The notes below the pieces were generated by a model that saw only the letters and a list, made by a program, of their open reading frames with translations, searched no databases and was not told the origin of the DNA. A stretch of 64,000 bases of DNA from Candidatus Omnitrophota bacterium. GTDB lineage: Bacteria; Omnitrophota; Gorgyraeia; 2-01-FULL-45-10. This document shows, piece after piece, positions 27,164 to 38,478 of this stretch. Position 1 is the stretch's first letter. Each line of letters opens with the position of its first letter. The DNA lies in NCBI GenBank assembly GCA_026387175.1, contig JAPLME010000011.1, positions 129,856-193,855 of the forward strand, read 5' to 3'. Made by a program: the position numbers and the translations under genes.

Positions 27164-28086
27164 TATTGTTTGACCGGAGTTATCTTCTTTATTATCTCTA
27201 ACGCTACCGCGAGCGCACGTCTTCCTTCGACGCCCGATACTATGGGCCGTTTTCCGGTATGGACGCGATCGATGAAGGATTTCAACTCTTTCTTGAGGGG
27301 ATTCTTCTTTCTGATCTTTATCTTCTTCTGCACTATCTTCTCGCCGGTCTTCTCGAATAACATCACGTCCTGAGTGACATAGTCGAGGGAGAGGTAGGAC
27401 TCTTCCTGGAATATGCGCATCTTCCGGACCACGTCCTTTGTTACGCGGCTCGCGGTGATATCCGCGATAGTGCCGTCCTGGAACATCAGCCGGACGTTCG
27501 CCACATCCTCGAAATTCGATATCGTGGAAAGCCCGACAGCCTCTATACTTACGACATCCTGCTGTATCAGGCCAAGGACTATATCTATATCGTGTATCAT
27601 GAGGTCCAGCACGACGCCGACGTCTTTTACCCTTGAGTGAAAGGGCCCCAGCCTCTGGCACTCTATGAACTTGGGCCTGTTTATGTACGGCTCTAGCGCG
27701 AGCACTGCGGAGTTAAAACGCTCTATATGTCCCACCTGCAGGATAAGCTTATTCTGTTCGGCTATCTCTATGAGTTCGTCCGCCTCAGAGAGTGTTTTGG
27801 TGATAGGTTTTTCTATCAATACGTGTATGCCGTGCCGCAGGAAATCCTTGGCCACATTATAATGGAGGCTTGTGGGAACGGCTATGCTGGCGGCGTCCAC
27901 TTTATCGAATAATTCCTCATAATCGGAGTAACTGGCGACCTTAAAGCGTTTTCCGACCTCAAGAGCCCGCTCTATATTGCAGTCGCAGACCCCCGCCAGT
28001 TTTACGCTATCCAGACTTGAGTACATCTTGGCATGTATGGAGCCCAGATGCCCGACCCCCACCACACCCACCCTTATCGTCTCCAT
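27163..28086 (-). CDS. Gfo/Idh/MocA-family NAD-dependent oxidoreductase. Possibly a GnnA-like UDP-GlcNAc 3-dehydrogenase.
   Basis: Starts 'METIRVGVVGVGHLGSIHAKMY' (Rossmann fold). Its stop overlaps the lpxB ATG (TAATG). The function is inferred from the family and the lipid A context. Confidence 0.6.
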   Translation of the reverse strand: METIRVGVVGVGHLGSIHAKMYSSLDSVKLAGVCDCNIERALEVGKRFKVASYSDYEELFDKVDAASIAVPTSLHYNVAKDFLRHGIHVLIEKPITKTLSEADELIEIAEQNKLILQVGHIERFNSAVLALEPYINRPKFIECQRLGPFHSRVKDVGVVLDLMIHDIDIVLGLIQQDVVSIEAVGLSTISNFEDVANVRLMFQDGTIADITASRVTKDVVRKMRIFQEESYLSLDYVTQDVMLFEKTGEKIVQKKIKIRKKNPLKKELKSFIDRVHTGKRPIVSGVEGRRALAVALEIIKKITPVKQ

Positions 28087-28183
28087 AGAAATATAATTAT
28101 AACATGTAGCAAAATACGTATCAAGCGATTTCCCTCGACAAGGCAAAAACGCTGTGATAATATACCGTGAAAATAGATAATAT

Positions 28184-30004
28184 ATGGATAAATACCGCAG
28201 ATTAATAAGATTCGTCTTTCCGCATGCCTGGGTGCTTGCCGCGGCAGGGGTGTGCATGGTGGCCACATCTGCCTTAAGCGGTGTTTCCATAGGCATGATA
28301 ATACCTCTTGTGGATAACGTCATATCGGGCAAGAAGATATCCATACCGGGAGGGGTGCCTATACCCGGGCTCCTGCAAACCCTCATCGATAAAGTGAACT
28401 CGATGAGCGCCTCACAGCTTTTGAGCAGTATGACCATTATTATAGTGATCCTGTGGCTCCTTAAGAGTTTCTTCGAATTTTGCCAGACATACCTGATGAA
28501 CGACGTAGCCCAGCGTGTGATAAGGGACATAAAGAACATCATATATAAAAAGATACTTACCCTTTCTATGGATTTCTACTCCAGGAATTCTACTGGGAAG
28601 CTGATGGCGCGTATCACCAATGATTCGGCCATCGTAAGAGATTCGATCTCGACGGGGCTTACGGACCTGATCTATCAGCCTATACAGCTTGTTATATACA
28701 CCGTGATGCTTCTGGCCATAAAGGTATATTTTTCCATTCCATGGACGTTGATCTGGATAAGCCTTTTGTTATTCGCGCTTGTGATTTACCCCGTAGTTAA
28801 GATCGGGAAGCGCCTTAAGTCTATTTCGAGGCAGTCTCAGGAAAAGATAGCCGACATAACGACCACCCTGCATGAAACCATATCCGGCATCAGGGTCGTC
28901 AAGGCCTTCTCTATGGAGGATTACGAAGCTAAAAAATTCGAGAACCAGAATCAGACTTTCTACAAGCTTTCGATGAAGTCCGTAAAGAGGATGACGGTGG
29001 TGAGCCCCATTACCGAATTCGTCGGGATACTATGCATAGCGATAATCATGTTAATGGCAGGCAAACAGATAGTCTCCGGCGCTCTTTCGGCAGGCGCATT
29101 TGTAACGTTTCTCGCGGCCATGTTATCTTTAATGCGGCCGATGAAGCGCCTGACCAACGTATATACCATAAACCAGCAGGCCATGGCTGCCGCCGACAGG
29201 ATATTCGATGTTCTGGACACTGAACCATCCGTCCAGGAGAAGGCTGGCGCGGTAAAACTGCCCAGGATCAACAAGGGCGTCGAGTTTAAGGATGTCCGTT
29301 TCAAATATGACGATAAAGATGTCCTTAAGGGCATAAGTTTCAATGTCCCTGTGGGCAATGTCGCGGCATTTGTGGGCCCCAGCGGAGTGGGGAAGACCAC
29401 CATATTGAACCTCCTCCCCCGTTTTTACGATGTTACCGGAGGCCGGATCCTGATAGACGGCATAGATGTACGCGATTGCGCGGTTAAATCCCTTATGGGG
29501 CAGATAGGTATAGTGACGCAGGAGACGATATTATTTAATGATACAGTAGCCGCTAACATATCCTATGGCTCAGGAAGCGATAATATAGAAGAGATCACGA
29601 AGGCCGCAAAGATAGCCAATGCGCACAATTTCATAATGAAGATGCCTCAGGGCTACAGCACGGTAGTCGGCGAAAGAGGTTTCAGGCTATCGGGGGGAGA
29701 AAAGCAGAGGCTGGCTATAGCCAGAGCCGTATTTAAAGACCCTCCGATACTTATACTTGATGAGGCCACATCGCAGCTTGATACGGAGAGCGAGATGCTG
29801 GTGCAGGAAGCGATAGACAGGATGATGTCCGGAAGAACGGTATTTGTTGTGGCTCATAGGCTTAGCACAATAAAGCATGCTAGCACTATCTATGTAATGG
29901 ATAGTGGCCGAATCATAGAGTTTGGCGCGCACGATGAATTAATTAAAAAAGGCGGCCTTTACAAGCGGCTTTACGATATGCAGTTTAAGGATAATATAAT
30001 TTAA
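28184..30004 (+). CDS. msbA: ABC transporter permease/ATPase fusion. MsbA-like lipid A/lipid exporter.
   Basis: Six-TM domain plus an NBD with Walker A 'GPSGVGKTT', signature 'LSGGEKQRLAIARA' and Walker B 'ILILDEATS'. It is transcribed divergently from the lpxB pair. Confidence 0.7.
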   Translation: MDKYRRLIRFVFPHAWVLAAAGVCMVATSALSGVSIGMIIPLVDNVISGKKISIPGGVPIPGLLQTLIDKVNSMSASQLLSSMTIIIVILWLLKSFFEFCQTYLMNDVAQRVIRDIKNIIYKKILTLSMDFYSRNSTGKLMARITNDSAIVRDSISTGLTDLIYQPIQLVIYTVMLLAIKVYFSIPWTLIWISLLLFALVIYPVVKIGKRLKSISRQSQEKIADITTTLHETISGIRVVKAFSMEDYEAKKFENQNQTFYKLSMKSVKRMTVVSPITEFVGILCIAIIMLMAGKQIVSGALSAGAFVTFLAAMLSLMRPMKRLTNVYTINQQAMAAADRIFDVLDTEPSVQEKAGAVKLPRINKGVEFKDVRFKYDDKDVLKGISFNVPVGNVAAFVGPSGVGKTTILNLLPRFYDVTGGRILIDGIDVRDCAVKSLMGQIGIVTQETILFNDTVAANISYGSGSDNIEEITKAAKIANAHNFIMKMPQGYSTVVGERGFRLSGGEKQRLAIARAVFKDPPILILDEATSQLDTESEMLVQEAIDRMMSGRTVFVVAHRLSTIKHASTIYVMDSGRIIEFGAHDELIKKGGLYKRLYDMQFKDNII

Positions 30005-30012
30005 ATAAATCC

Positions 30013-30041
30013 TTGAAAAAGAGAGGGCAAACCTCTATAAT
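30013..30041 (+). promoter_or_regulatory. Sigma70 promoter (TTGAAA-17 nt-TATAAT) upstream of rpsB.
   Basis: Consensus -10 box and good spacing. A GGGAGGGTGA RBS follows. Confidence 0.55.
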
Positions 30042-30108
30042 ATCCTAGCTTTGAAAATAGGGTAAGATTAGATAAACGTAGAAAAAGGGAGGGTGAATTA
30101 AGACTAAT

Positions 30109-30984
30109 ATGGTTGAATCTACACTGATGAAGAGCTTATTAGAGGCGGGTGTGCATTTCGGACATGAAACTAAGAGGTGGAATCCGAAGATGAAGAAGTA
30201 CATCTTCGGTTCTAAAAACGGGATCTATATAATAGACCTTGAGAAGACCCAAAACCTGATACTGAAAGCCTGCGATTTCCTGAAGAGCATCGCTTCAAGC
30301 GGCGGTTATATACTATTCGTCGGCACCAAGAAGCAGGCGCAGGATATAATAAAAGAAGAGGCCTCCAGATGCGGCATGTTCTATGTGCATCACAGATGGC
30401 TGGGCGGAATGCTTACCAACTTCCAGACGATAAAAAAGAGCATAAAGAGGCTTTTCGATATCGAGAGGATGAAAGAAGACGGCACGATGGCGAAGCTTTC
30501 CAAAAAAGAGGTTTCGGCGCTGAACAAGGAGCTTTTGAAGCTCAATAAGAACCTCGAAGGCATAAGGAATATGGATAAGCTGCCCAAGGCCGTCTTCATG
30601 GTCGATGCTAAGAAAGAGGATATCGCCGTAAAAGAGGCGGTCACTCTTAAGATACCGATAGTGGCTCTCGTGGACACTAACTCCGACCCGGACAATATCA
30701 AATATGTTATACCGGGTAACGACGATGCCATACGTTCGATCAAGCTGGTGACGGGCATCATGGCCGATGCTGTCCTTGCGGGCAAGGAGGCATTCAAGGC
30801 CGGAGTAAAAAAAGCCATAGAAGACGCCGCGGCCGAAGCCGCTGAAGAAGAGGCCGAAGGTGAAGATATAAAAGTCGTCGATGAGAAGGTCGAGGAGATA
30901 GTCGAAGGGGATATAAAACTTAAAGAGGACGAAGAGCTTCCGAAGAATATCCCTATAAAGAAAAAGAAGAAGATTATTAAATAA
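30109..30984 (+). CDS. rpsB: 30S ribosomal protein S2.
   Basis: '[19 protein letters not shown]' and an acidic C-terminal tail. Confidence 0.9.
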   Translation: MVESTLMKSLLEAGVHFGHETKRWNPKMKKYIFGSKNGIYIIDLEKTQNLILKACDFLKSIASSGGYILFVGTKKQAQDIIKEEASRCGMFYVHHRWLGGMLTNFQTIKKSIKRLFDIERMKEDGTMAKLSKKEVSALNKELLKLNKNLEGIRNMDKLPKAVFMVDAKKEDIAVKEAVTLKIPIVALVDTNSDPDNIKYVIPGNDDAIRSIKLVTGIMADAVLAGKEAFKAGVKKAIEDAAAEAAEEEAEGEDIKVVDEKVEEIVEGDIKLKEDEELPKNIPIKKKKKIIK

Positions 30985-31008
30985 ATTTTGAGGGAGATAT
31001 AGTAATTT

Positions 31009-32345
<1,337 letters not shown>

Positions 32346-32354
32346 GGTGAGGCC

Positions 32355-32912
32355 ATGACAGTTAAAGAAGTTTTGCATGATGCTGAATCGAAAATGAAGA
32401 AGACAGTGGAAGCCACTCAGCGGGATTTTTCGGCGGTAAGGACCGGGAGAGCGTCCAGCGCGCTTGTCGATGGCATAAAGGTCGATTACTACGGAGCTAT
32501 CACGCCTCTAAAGCAGCTGGCGGCGGTGACGACTCCGGATGCGCGCCTGGTGATGATCCAGCCATGGGACAAGAACTCGCTGGTAGATATCGAGAAGGCG
32601 ATCCTGAAGTCCGATTTGGGCATAGCGCCGACCAATGATGGTAAAGTTATAAGATTGGCCATGCCGCCGCTAACTCAGGAAAGACGTTCCGAACTGGATA
32701 AGGTGCTAAAAAAAATAGCCGAGGACGGCCATATATCGATAAGGACCGGAAGGCATGCGGCTCTGGAGACGATCAAGAAACTCGAGAAGGACAAGGCGAT
32801 CACCGAAGATGACAGGTTTAAAGCTCATGAAGATATCCAGAAGCTCACCGATAAATACATCAAAGAGATAGACACGATCCTCGCCGCAAAAGAGAAAGAT
32901 ATCCAGGGATAA
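32355..32912 (+). CDS. frr: Ribosome recycling factor.
   Basis: 185 aa with the conserved RRF pattern and synteny with pyrH. Confidence 0.85.
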   Translation: MTVKEVLHDAESKMKKTVEATQRDFSAVRTGRASSALVDGIKVDYYGAITPLKQLAAVTTPDARLVMIQPWDKNSLVDIEKAILKSDLGIAPTNDGKVIRLAMPPLTQERRSELDKVLKKIAEDGHISIRTGRHAALETIKKLEKDKAITEDDRFKAHEDIQKLTDKYIKEIDTILAAKEKDIQG

Positions 32913-32932
32913 TTTAATCCCAAAAATCTTTA

Positions 32933-33008
32933 GGGCCGCTAGCTCATCAGGTAGAGCACCACACTTTTAATGTGGTTGTGGCAGGTTCGAGTCCTGCGCG
33001 GCTCACCA
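32933..33008 (+). tRNA. tRNA-Lys (anticodon UUU), with an encoded CCA end.
   Basis: The cloverleaf was folded by hand. The acceptor stem is GGGCCGC/GCGGCTC (7 bp, with one G-U pair). The anticodon stem-loop is CCACA-CUUUUAA-UGUGG. The T-arm has GGTTCGAGTCC. Confidence 0.85.
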
Positions 33009-33076
33009 TGTTGTAAGGCCATCTGTAGGTAAAACTATAGATGGCCTTTCTTAAAATTTTCAATAGGAAGGAGATC

Positions 33077-33499
33077 GTGCGAGATACAGCGATATTGATA
33101 ATGATTGTTTTATCATTATTGCTCCCCGGCCCGGCCATGGGAGGCGGGATCGAACATGCCGGCCACGATGGTGATTTTACGCCCGAACCCACCCTGATAT
33201 CCCCCACAACCGAGAAGGTCGACCTGACGGGCAAGACAGGCCTGGAGTTTAAGTGGAGTTCGCATGAGGCCAGGCGCGGATTCAGAAAATATTACGACTT
33301 CAGGTTGTATAAAGGATACGATATGCTGGAAAAGTCACTCCTTATGAAGAAAGAGGTCGATCCGAATACCTATGAGTTCAGCGTAAAGTCGGATACCTTC
33401 AGCGACGGCGAAGTATATACCTGGTCCCTGAGACAGGTCTATGACGGCATGCAGAAGAGCAGACGAAGCACAGCATCCTTTAAGGTGATAAAGAAATAA
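33077..33499 (+). CDS. Small secreted hypothetical protein. GTG start after an AGGAAGGAG RBS.
   Basis: A signal peptide follows the start. No family was recognised. Confidence 0.45.
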   Translation: MRDTAILIMIVLSLLLPGPAMGGGIEHAGHDGDFTPEPTLISPTTEKVDLTGKTGLEFKWSSHEARRGFRKYYDFRLYKGYDMLEKSLLMKKEVDPNTYEFSVKSDTFSDGEVYTWSLRQVYDGMQKSRRSTASFKVIKK

Positions 33500-33521
33500 T
33501 TTTCAATCAGAAGGATATAAT

Positions 33522-34253
33522 TTGAAGACATCTTTACAGCGTGTCGATAAGAAAGAATTGCGGCTGAAAGGGATAAAGGAGATCGTCGTATTAGGCGATG
33601 TGGGATGCACCGGTTTTAACGAAGATAGTAAAAAAATATTCGACGAGATATTGCGCATTAAGGCCAGCCTCTTCTTTATCATGGGGGATATCGCGTTTTC
33701 AGGAAAGAATCCGCAATTTGATGAGTTTATAACTTTTTGTAATGAACGCCTGACTGCTCCGGCATTCGCGCTGTGCGGCAACCATGATATTCCGGGTTAT
33801 GCCGGATATTTTGGACGGTCTTCTTACGCTCTCATATTCGATCACGCCGCATGCCTCTTCCTGGATAATTCGAAGGCGCATTTTCAGGAAAGAGATTTGA
33901 AGTTTTTGAAAGAAGAATTAGAAAAATATAAGGAAAAAAGATTTATCATACTTTTTCATATTCCGCCGCCGGTCAGCTTTAACCGCAGCTGTATGGGCGC
34001 CGATGAGTGGGGGAAGTTGCGAAGAGTTCTTGACGCTCATAAAGAAAAGATAGAATGTATTATATGCGCCCATATACACGGGTATTACAATTATCGGCTC
34101 GACGGTTATAATATATTTATCACTGCCGGCGGGGGAGCGGCCATGATTTATGATCTGCCGAGAGAAGAACTTAAGGCGCACAATTATCTTAAGTTATCTC
34201 TCCATGGAGATGCCTCGATAAATATAGCCATAAAAAGAATAGTGAAAGAATAA
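33522..34253 (+). CDS. Calcineurin-like metallophosphoesterase.
   Basis: Motifs 'VVLGDVGC', 'GDIAFSG', 'CGNHD', 'FHIPP', 'AHIHG'. Confidence 0.7.
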   Translation: MKTSLQRVDKKELRLKGIKEIVVLGDVGCTGFNEDSKKIFDEILRIKASLFFIMGDIAFSGKNPQFDEFITFCNERLTAPAFALCGNHDIPGYAGYFGRSSYALIFDHAACLFLDNSKAHFQERDLKFLKEELEKYKEKRFIILFHIPPPVSFNRSCMGADEWGKLRRVLDAHKEKIECIICAHIHGYYNYRLDGYNIFITAGGGAAMIYDLPREELKAHNYLKLSLHGDASINIAIKRIVKE

Positions 34254-34287
34254 GCAGGCCATGAAGCTCACAGCCTGCTTATGGTTT
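34252..34287 (+). terminator. Candidate intrinsic terminator (AGCAGGC-13 nt loop-GCCTGCT followed by ATGGTTT).
   Basis: The hairpin lies directly after the stop codon. The U-tract is weak. Confidence 0.4.
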
Positions 34288-34410
34288 AAAAATCTCCCGG
34301 CATTTTGATCAAACGTCAATATTTTACTTTACCCGCCCTCTATGTTATCATATGGCTAGAGGGCGGTTCAATAAGCTAACCTACTGAATATATGCACGCG
34401 GGCATTCATT

Positions 34411-35151
34411 ATGGAAACTACATTAAAGATATCCGGACTAACCGTCTCATACAGCCGCGGCTTTAAAGATAAAAAGACCGTTCTGCGCGGACTGGATCTG
34501 GAGATACATAAGGGAGAGATCTTTGGCCTGCTCGGCCCTAACGGAGCCGGCAAGACGACCCTGATAAAGTCGATAATAGGCCTGATCGGTATCGAGGAAG
34601 GCGCTATCTCGATATTCGGCGGATCTTCGTTCTCCGGAGGCATACGCTCAAAGCTCGGCTATATGCCGGAGGTCGCGAACTATTACTGGTTTATGACACC
34701 GGGGGAAATACTGGGCGCCTTGGGCGCTCTTTCCGGGATGAAGAAAACCTTGCTCAGGGATAAGATAGACAGCACACTGGAACTGGTGGGCCTCAAGACC
34801 GAGCGGGACGATCTTGTCAGCACATTTTCCAAAGGCATGCAGGAACGGCTCAATATCGCGCAGGCGCTTCTGCATGACCCGGAATTCCTGATCCTGGATG
34901 AACCGTTTTCGGGGCTTGACCCGCTGGGCAGGAGCCATACAAGAAATATATTAAAGAAGCTTAAAAAGCAGAATAAGACGATACTCCTGTCGTCGCATGA
35001 ACTTTCGGAAGCTGAACTCATATGCGACACCGTCTGCGTGATGAGAGACGGCAAAGTGTTGAAGCAGGGGCCGTTAAGGAAGCTGCTTGATGAAAAGGGC
35101 GACCACAGCCTGGAGACCTATTTCATGAGGATCATAGGCGAAGATGCGTAA
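34411..35151 (+). CDS. ABC transporter ATP-binding protein (ABC-2 type).
   Basis: Walker A 'GPNGAGKTT', signature-like 'FSKGMQERL', Walker B 'LILDEP'. Confidence 0.8.
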   Translation: METTLKISGLTVSYSRGFKDKKTVLRGLDLEIHKGEIFGLLGPNGAGKTTLIKSIIGLIGIEEGAISIFGGSSFSGGIRSKLGYMPEVANYYWFMTPGEILGALGALSGMKKTLLRDKIDSTLELVGLKTERDDLVSTFSKGMQERLNIAQALLHDPEFLILDEPFSGLDPLGRSHTRNILKKLKKQNKTILLSSHELSEAELICDTVCVMRDGKVLKQGPLRKLLDEKGDHSLETYFMRIIGEDA

Positions 35152-35869
35152 GATCATCATCTTAAGCGGATGCGTAATAAAGGAGCTTTTAAGGCGGAAG
35201 GATTTTTACCTTATATTCGTCCTTCTTATAGTGATGATCATTTACGCGGGCCTGATATCATTCGGCGGAGAACAGGGATTTCAGAGATATTTTAAGGAGA
35301 TAGGGATATCGCTCGCATATATCTTTTCGGTGATAATCGCCGTGACCTTCGCCTCGCGCCAGGTCCCTCAGGAGGTGGAATCGAAGACCATATATCCGAT
35401 CCTGGCTCGCCCTGTTTCGCGCGCCGTATTTTTAATAGGTAAATTTGCGGGCGTTCTACTCGTCTCCGTAATAAGTTTTACGCTATTCTACGCGGTCTTC
35501 ATCGTCTCATCCTTGTTACGGGGCGACTTTTCATCTCCGTCGCTCCTTCTCGCCGAAGGGTATCTTCTGCATATTTTCCTATTGTCATTTTTTACGGCTC
35601 TCACGATATTATTATCGCTCTTCCTAAGCGCCGCCGCGAACGTCGGATTGTCGCTTATCATTTACCTGTCGACCAATTGGTTCGGCGCCTCGCTCCCCGG
35701 ATATATATATCTGCCGCACCCGGAACTATTCGATATAAAAGAGAAGATAGTACATACATGGGACCTTGTGCCAGGATGGGTGCTTCTTTTCCTCGGGGCC
35801 TACGCGGCGATTTACACCTCCATATTTTTATTTTCCGCTTGCCTGGTATTTAAAAAACGGGACCTGTAA
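35144..35869 (+). CDS. ABC-2 family transporter permease.
   Basis: Six-TM hydrophobic protein whose start overlaps the ATPase gene. Confidence 0.6.
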   Translation: MRKIIILSGCVIKELLRRKDFYLIFVLLIVMIIYAGLISFGGEQGFQRYFKEIGISLAYIFSVIIAVTFASRQVPQEVESKTIYPILARPVSRAVFLIGKFAGVLLVSVISFTLFYAVFIVSSLLRGDFSSPSLLLAEGYLLHIFLLSFFTALTILLSLFLSAAANVGLSLIIYLSTNWFGASLPGYIYLPHPELFDIKEKIVHTWDLVPGWVLLFLGAYAAIYTSIFLFSACLVFKKRDL

Positions 35870-36681
35870 TGAGAAGAGCTATGATCCTGCCGATATCTAT
35901 CATTATTCTCTACGTCTCCACCGTACCCCTGAATTACTATTTCCAGCATAATACCCTTCGGACGAATGAAGAGCAGGACATCATAGAGAGAATATTCGGG
36001 GGCTTGAGGGGCGTTATCGGCGACTGGGCCTTTATGAAGGCCGAAGAGTATCACCACCGCGGGCTGCCTTTTCTTAAAGCGATGGCTTATCATGAAAATG
36101 AGTCGCCGTTTACATCGGTGGAAGAGCACCACCATGAAGATGGACGGGCTGGGCTTGCGGTAAAGAAAGATTTCTTCCAGAAGATATATTCCGCGGTAAA
36201 GGTTACAGAGGATTCGCATCTGAAGCCCGCCGAAGAGAAGGAGGCCCTGCCGTGGTTTTACGTGGAGGTGGCGTTCGATCCGAATGATATAAGAGGTTAC
36301 GTGCTCGGCGGTTACTGGCTACAGAGGATGGATAAGCCGCTCGAGAGCATGGACTTTATGAAGAAGGGGCTCAAGGCCAATCCGACGAGCGCCGCGATAT
36401 CCGCCGCCATAGGCAATCTCTATTTCAAGACCGGAAAATCAGGTGACGCTATCACCTATCTCGACAGGGCAAGAAAACTGTGGGCGATGGGGCAATATCC
36501 CAATAATACCAAAGACAGCTATTCTATGAGCGATAGATATTTTGCCCTTGATCTCCTGGGCAGCCTGTATGAAAAAGAGGGAAGGTACGTCGAAGCGCTT
36601 AAAGTGTATAAGGAGATATTCGCTCTCCGGCCGAATAAGGCTATGCTGGAGAAGATAACCAGGTTAAGAAGGCAATTATAG
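35869..36681 (+). CDS. Membrane-anchored hypothetical protein with a TPR-like C-terminus.
   Basis: N-terminal TM segment. The C-terminal helical repeats 'AIGNLYFKTGKSGDAITYLDRA' and 'LGSLYEKEGRYVEALKVYKE' look TPR-like. Confidence 0.45.
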   Translation: MRRAMILPISIIILYVSTVPLNYYFQHNTLRTNEEQDIIERIFGGLRGVIGDWAFMKAEEYHHRGLPFLKAMAYHENESPFTSVEEHHHEDGRAGLAVKKDFFQKIYSAVKVTEDSHLKPAEEKEALPWFYVEVAFDPNDIRGYVLGGYWLQRMDKPLESMDFMKKGLKANPTSAAISAAIGNLYFKTGKSGDAITYLDRARKLWAMGQYPNNTKDSYSMSDRYFALDLLGSLYEKEGRYVEALKVYKEIFALRPNKAMLEKITRLRRQL

Positions 36682-36682
36682 C

Positions 36683-37594
36683 ATGGAACAAAAAATTAAA
36701 TACGCGATAAAGGCCGCGAGAGCGAATTTTCTTCCCGCCAGCCTGATGCCTTTCCTGATAGGGGCCTTCTACGCGTTCAGGCTGGGCCACAATGTATCCC
36801 CGGCGAGGTTTATCTTGGCGTTTTTAGGCGTCGGTTCCATGCATCTTGCGGGGAATCTCTTTAACGATTATTTCGACTATAAGTCCGGAGCGGATAATAT
36901 GAGCGGCAAAGAGAGCCCGTTTTTCGGCGGCTCAAGGGTTATCCAGAAGGGCCTTTTGAATTCTTCGGATGTCCTGTCGCTCTCGTTATTCTTTACGGCG
37001 CTCGCGTTTTTATGCGGCATGGGTATATACATTATTACGGAGGATCCTGTCTTCCCGCTATTTATGTTAATAGCCGCGATCCTGGCATTCGAATATACGG
37101 CTCCGCCTCTGCGCCTGTCTTATAATAGGCTCGGTGAATTGGATATATTTCTTCTCTTCGGCGTATTACTGGTCATGGGAAGTTTCTATCTATTTACCGG
37201 GACTTTCACGATTGGCGCATTTCTTGTATCGCTGCCGATATCTTTTCTCGTCGGCGCCATCATTGTCTGTAACGAGGTTCCCGACTATCATTCCGACGTA
37301 GCCGCCGGAAAGCATAATCTTGTATATATCGTAGGCCGGGAGAGAGGATATATAATATACGCTTTTCTTATTATCCTTTCCGCCCTGACTCTTATAGTAA
37401 ATGTGTTATCCGGCAATATCCCGCATATCTCAGCTCTCATAATATTATTCTACGCTATAGGCGTAAAGGTCACGCTTATATTGAAAGACAGGGTAAGCGG
37501 CATGAATGACTTTATACATGCCAGCATGCTTACCATAGCGCTTCATACCATTGTAGGAGCCGCGATGATATTGACATTGTTGGTCAAATTATGA
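36683..37594 (+). CDS. UbiA-family prenyltransferase, most likely a MenA-type 1,4-dihydroxy-2-naphthoate polyprenyltransferase.
   Basis: 'NLFNDYFDYKSGAD' Asp-rich motif and a 9-TM topology. Confidence 0.6.
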   Translation: MEQKIKYAIKAARANFLPASLMPFLIGAFYAFRLGHNVSPARFILAFLGVGSMHLAGNLFNDYFDYKSGADNMSGKESPFFGGSRVIQKGLLNSSDVLSLSLFFTALAFLCGMGIYIITEDPVFPLFMLIAAILAFEYTAPPLRLSYNRLGELDIFLLFGVLLVMGSFYLFTGTFTIGAFLVSLPISFLVGAIIVCNEVPDYHSDVAAGKHNLVYIVGRERGYIIYAFLIILSALTLIVNVLSGNIPHISALIILFYAIGVKVTLILKDRVSGMNDFIHASMLTIALHTIVGAAMILTLLVKL

Positions 37595-38478
37595 AAACCG
37601 CCCGGGCCTTAGGGGCCGTAAATAAAAAGATCAGGGAGATAGTGGATAGAAGGGGTCCCGCTTTGCGGGGCCTGTTCGAGGATGCTTCTCTAGACGCCGG
37701 AAAACGGCTCAGGGCCGGACTATTCTTTAATTTTTCGCAAAGCTACGGAAACGATGCCGTAAAGATAGCTTCGGCGATAGAGCTCCTGCATGCCGCTACT
37801 CTCATCCACGATGACGTCCTGGACGCTTCTCCCATGCGCCGCGGCCGTCAGGCCCTTCATGTAAAGCGGGGAATACCTTTAAGCATCCTTTACGGGGATT
37901 ATCTTTTTTCCGAGAGCTTTTCCATGCTTGCGGAGGCAGGGAACCCCCGCATCTGGGAGGAGATGACGCGCTCACTCTCCGAGACTCTCAAGGGCGAGAT
38001 AGAGGAGCAGTATCGGCGCGGAGATGTATCATTGACCGAGGAAGAATATCTTTCCATAATAGAAAAGAAGTCGGGAACCCTCTTCGGGGCGGCATGTAAA
38101 ACAGGCCTCATCCTGAAGGATAGGGAGAGCCCGCTTGCGGAAAGGGCGTATAAGTTCGGTTTAAAGGTGGGGTCTGCGTATCAGATACTGGATGATTGCA
38201 GCGATTATTTCGGCCATAACGGCGGCAAAGGAAGATTTAACGATTTCAGAGAAGGAGTGATCACCCTTCCGCTTATATATTTACTTAAGAGGTGTTCCAG
38301 AAGCGAAAGAAGTTTTATCATAAAGAAGCTAAAGGGCTCGAAGGCCTGCCCGGCGGACTTTAAGAAGATAAAGGAGCTCATGAAGCGTTACGGGGTTATC
38401 TCCGATTGCTGCGCCCTCGCGCAGGAGATGCTTGATGAGGCGGAAGAAGATAAATTATGCAGAAGAAGAATATTGTAA
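37591..38478 (+). CDS. Trans-polyprenyl diphosphate synthase (IspB/HepT-like).
   Basis: First aspartate-rich motif 'LIHDDVLD' and second 'ILDDCSDY'. Confidence 0.7.
   Translation: MKTARALGAVNKKIREIVDRRGPALRGLFEDASLDAGKRLRAGLFFNFSQSYGNDAVKIASAIELLHAATLIHDDVLDASPMRRGRQALHVKRGIPLSILYGDYLFSESFSMLAEAGNPRIWEEMTRSLSETLKGEIEEQYRRGDVSLTEEEYLSIIEKKSGTLFGAACKTGLILKDRESPLAERAYKFGLKVGSAYQILDDCSDYFGHNGGKGRFNDFREGVITLPLIYLLKRCSRSERSFIIKKLKGSKACPADFKKIKELMKRYGVISDCCALAQEMLDEAEEDKLCRRRIL

Noticed and set aside
27164-27661. A 166-codon N-terminal extension of the lpxB ORF (MPEAGALSLKGKRRRRRAGPHDTRY...).
   Set aside because: It is an Arg/Gly-rich low-complexity translation of the antisense of the Gfo/Idh/MocA gene region. 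The conserved LpxB N-terminus starts at MANKKILIVAGEPSGD (27163).
28087-28542. A 152-codon N-terminal extension of the Gfo/Idh/MocA ORF.
   Set aside because: It runs through the divergent msbA promoter and start region. The Rossmann N-terminus begins at METIRVGVVG (28086).
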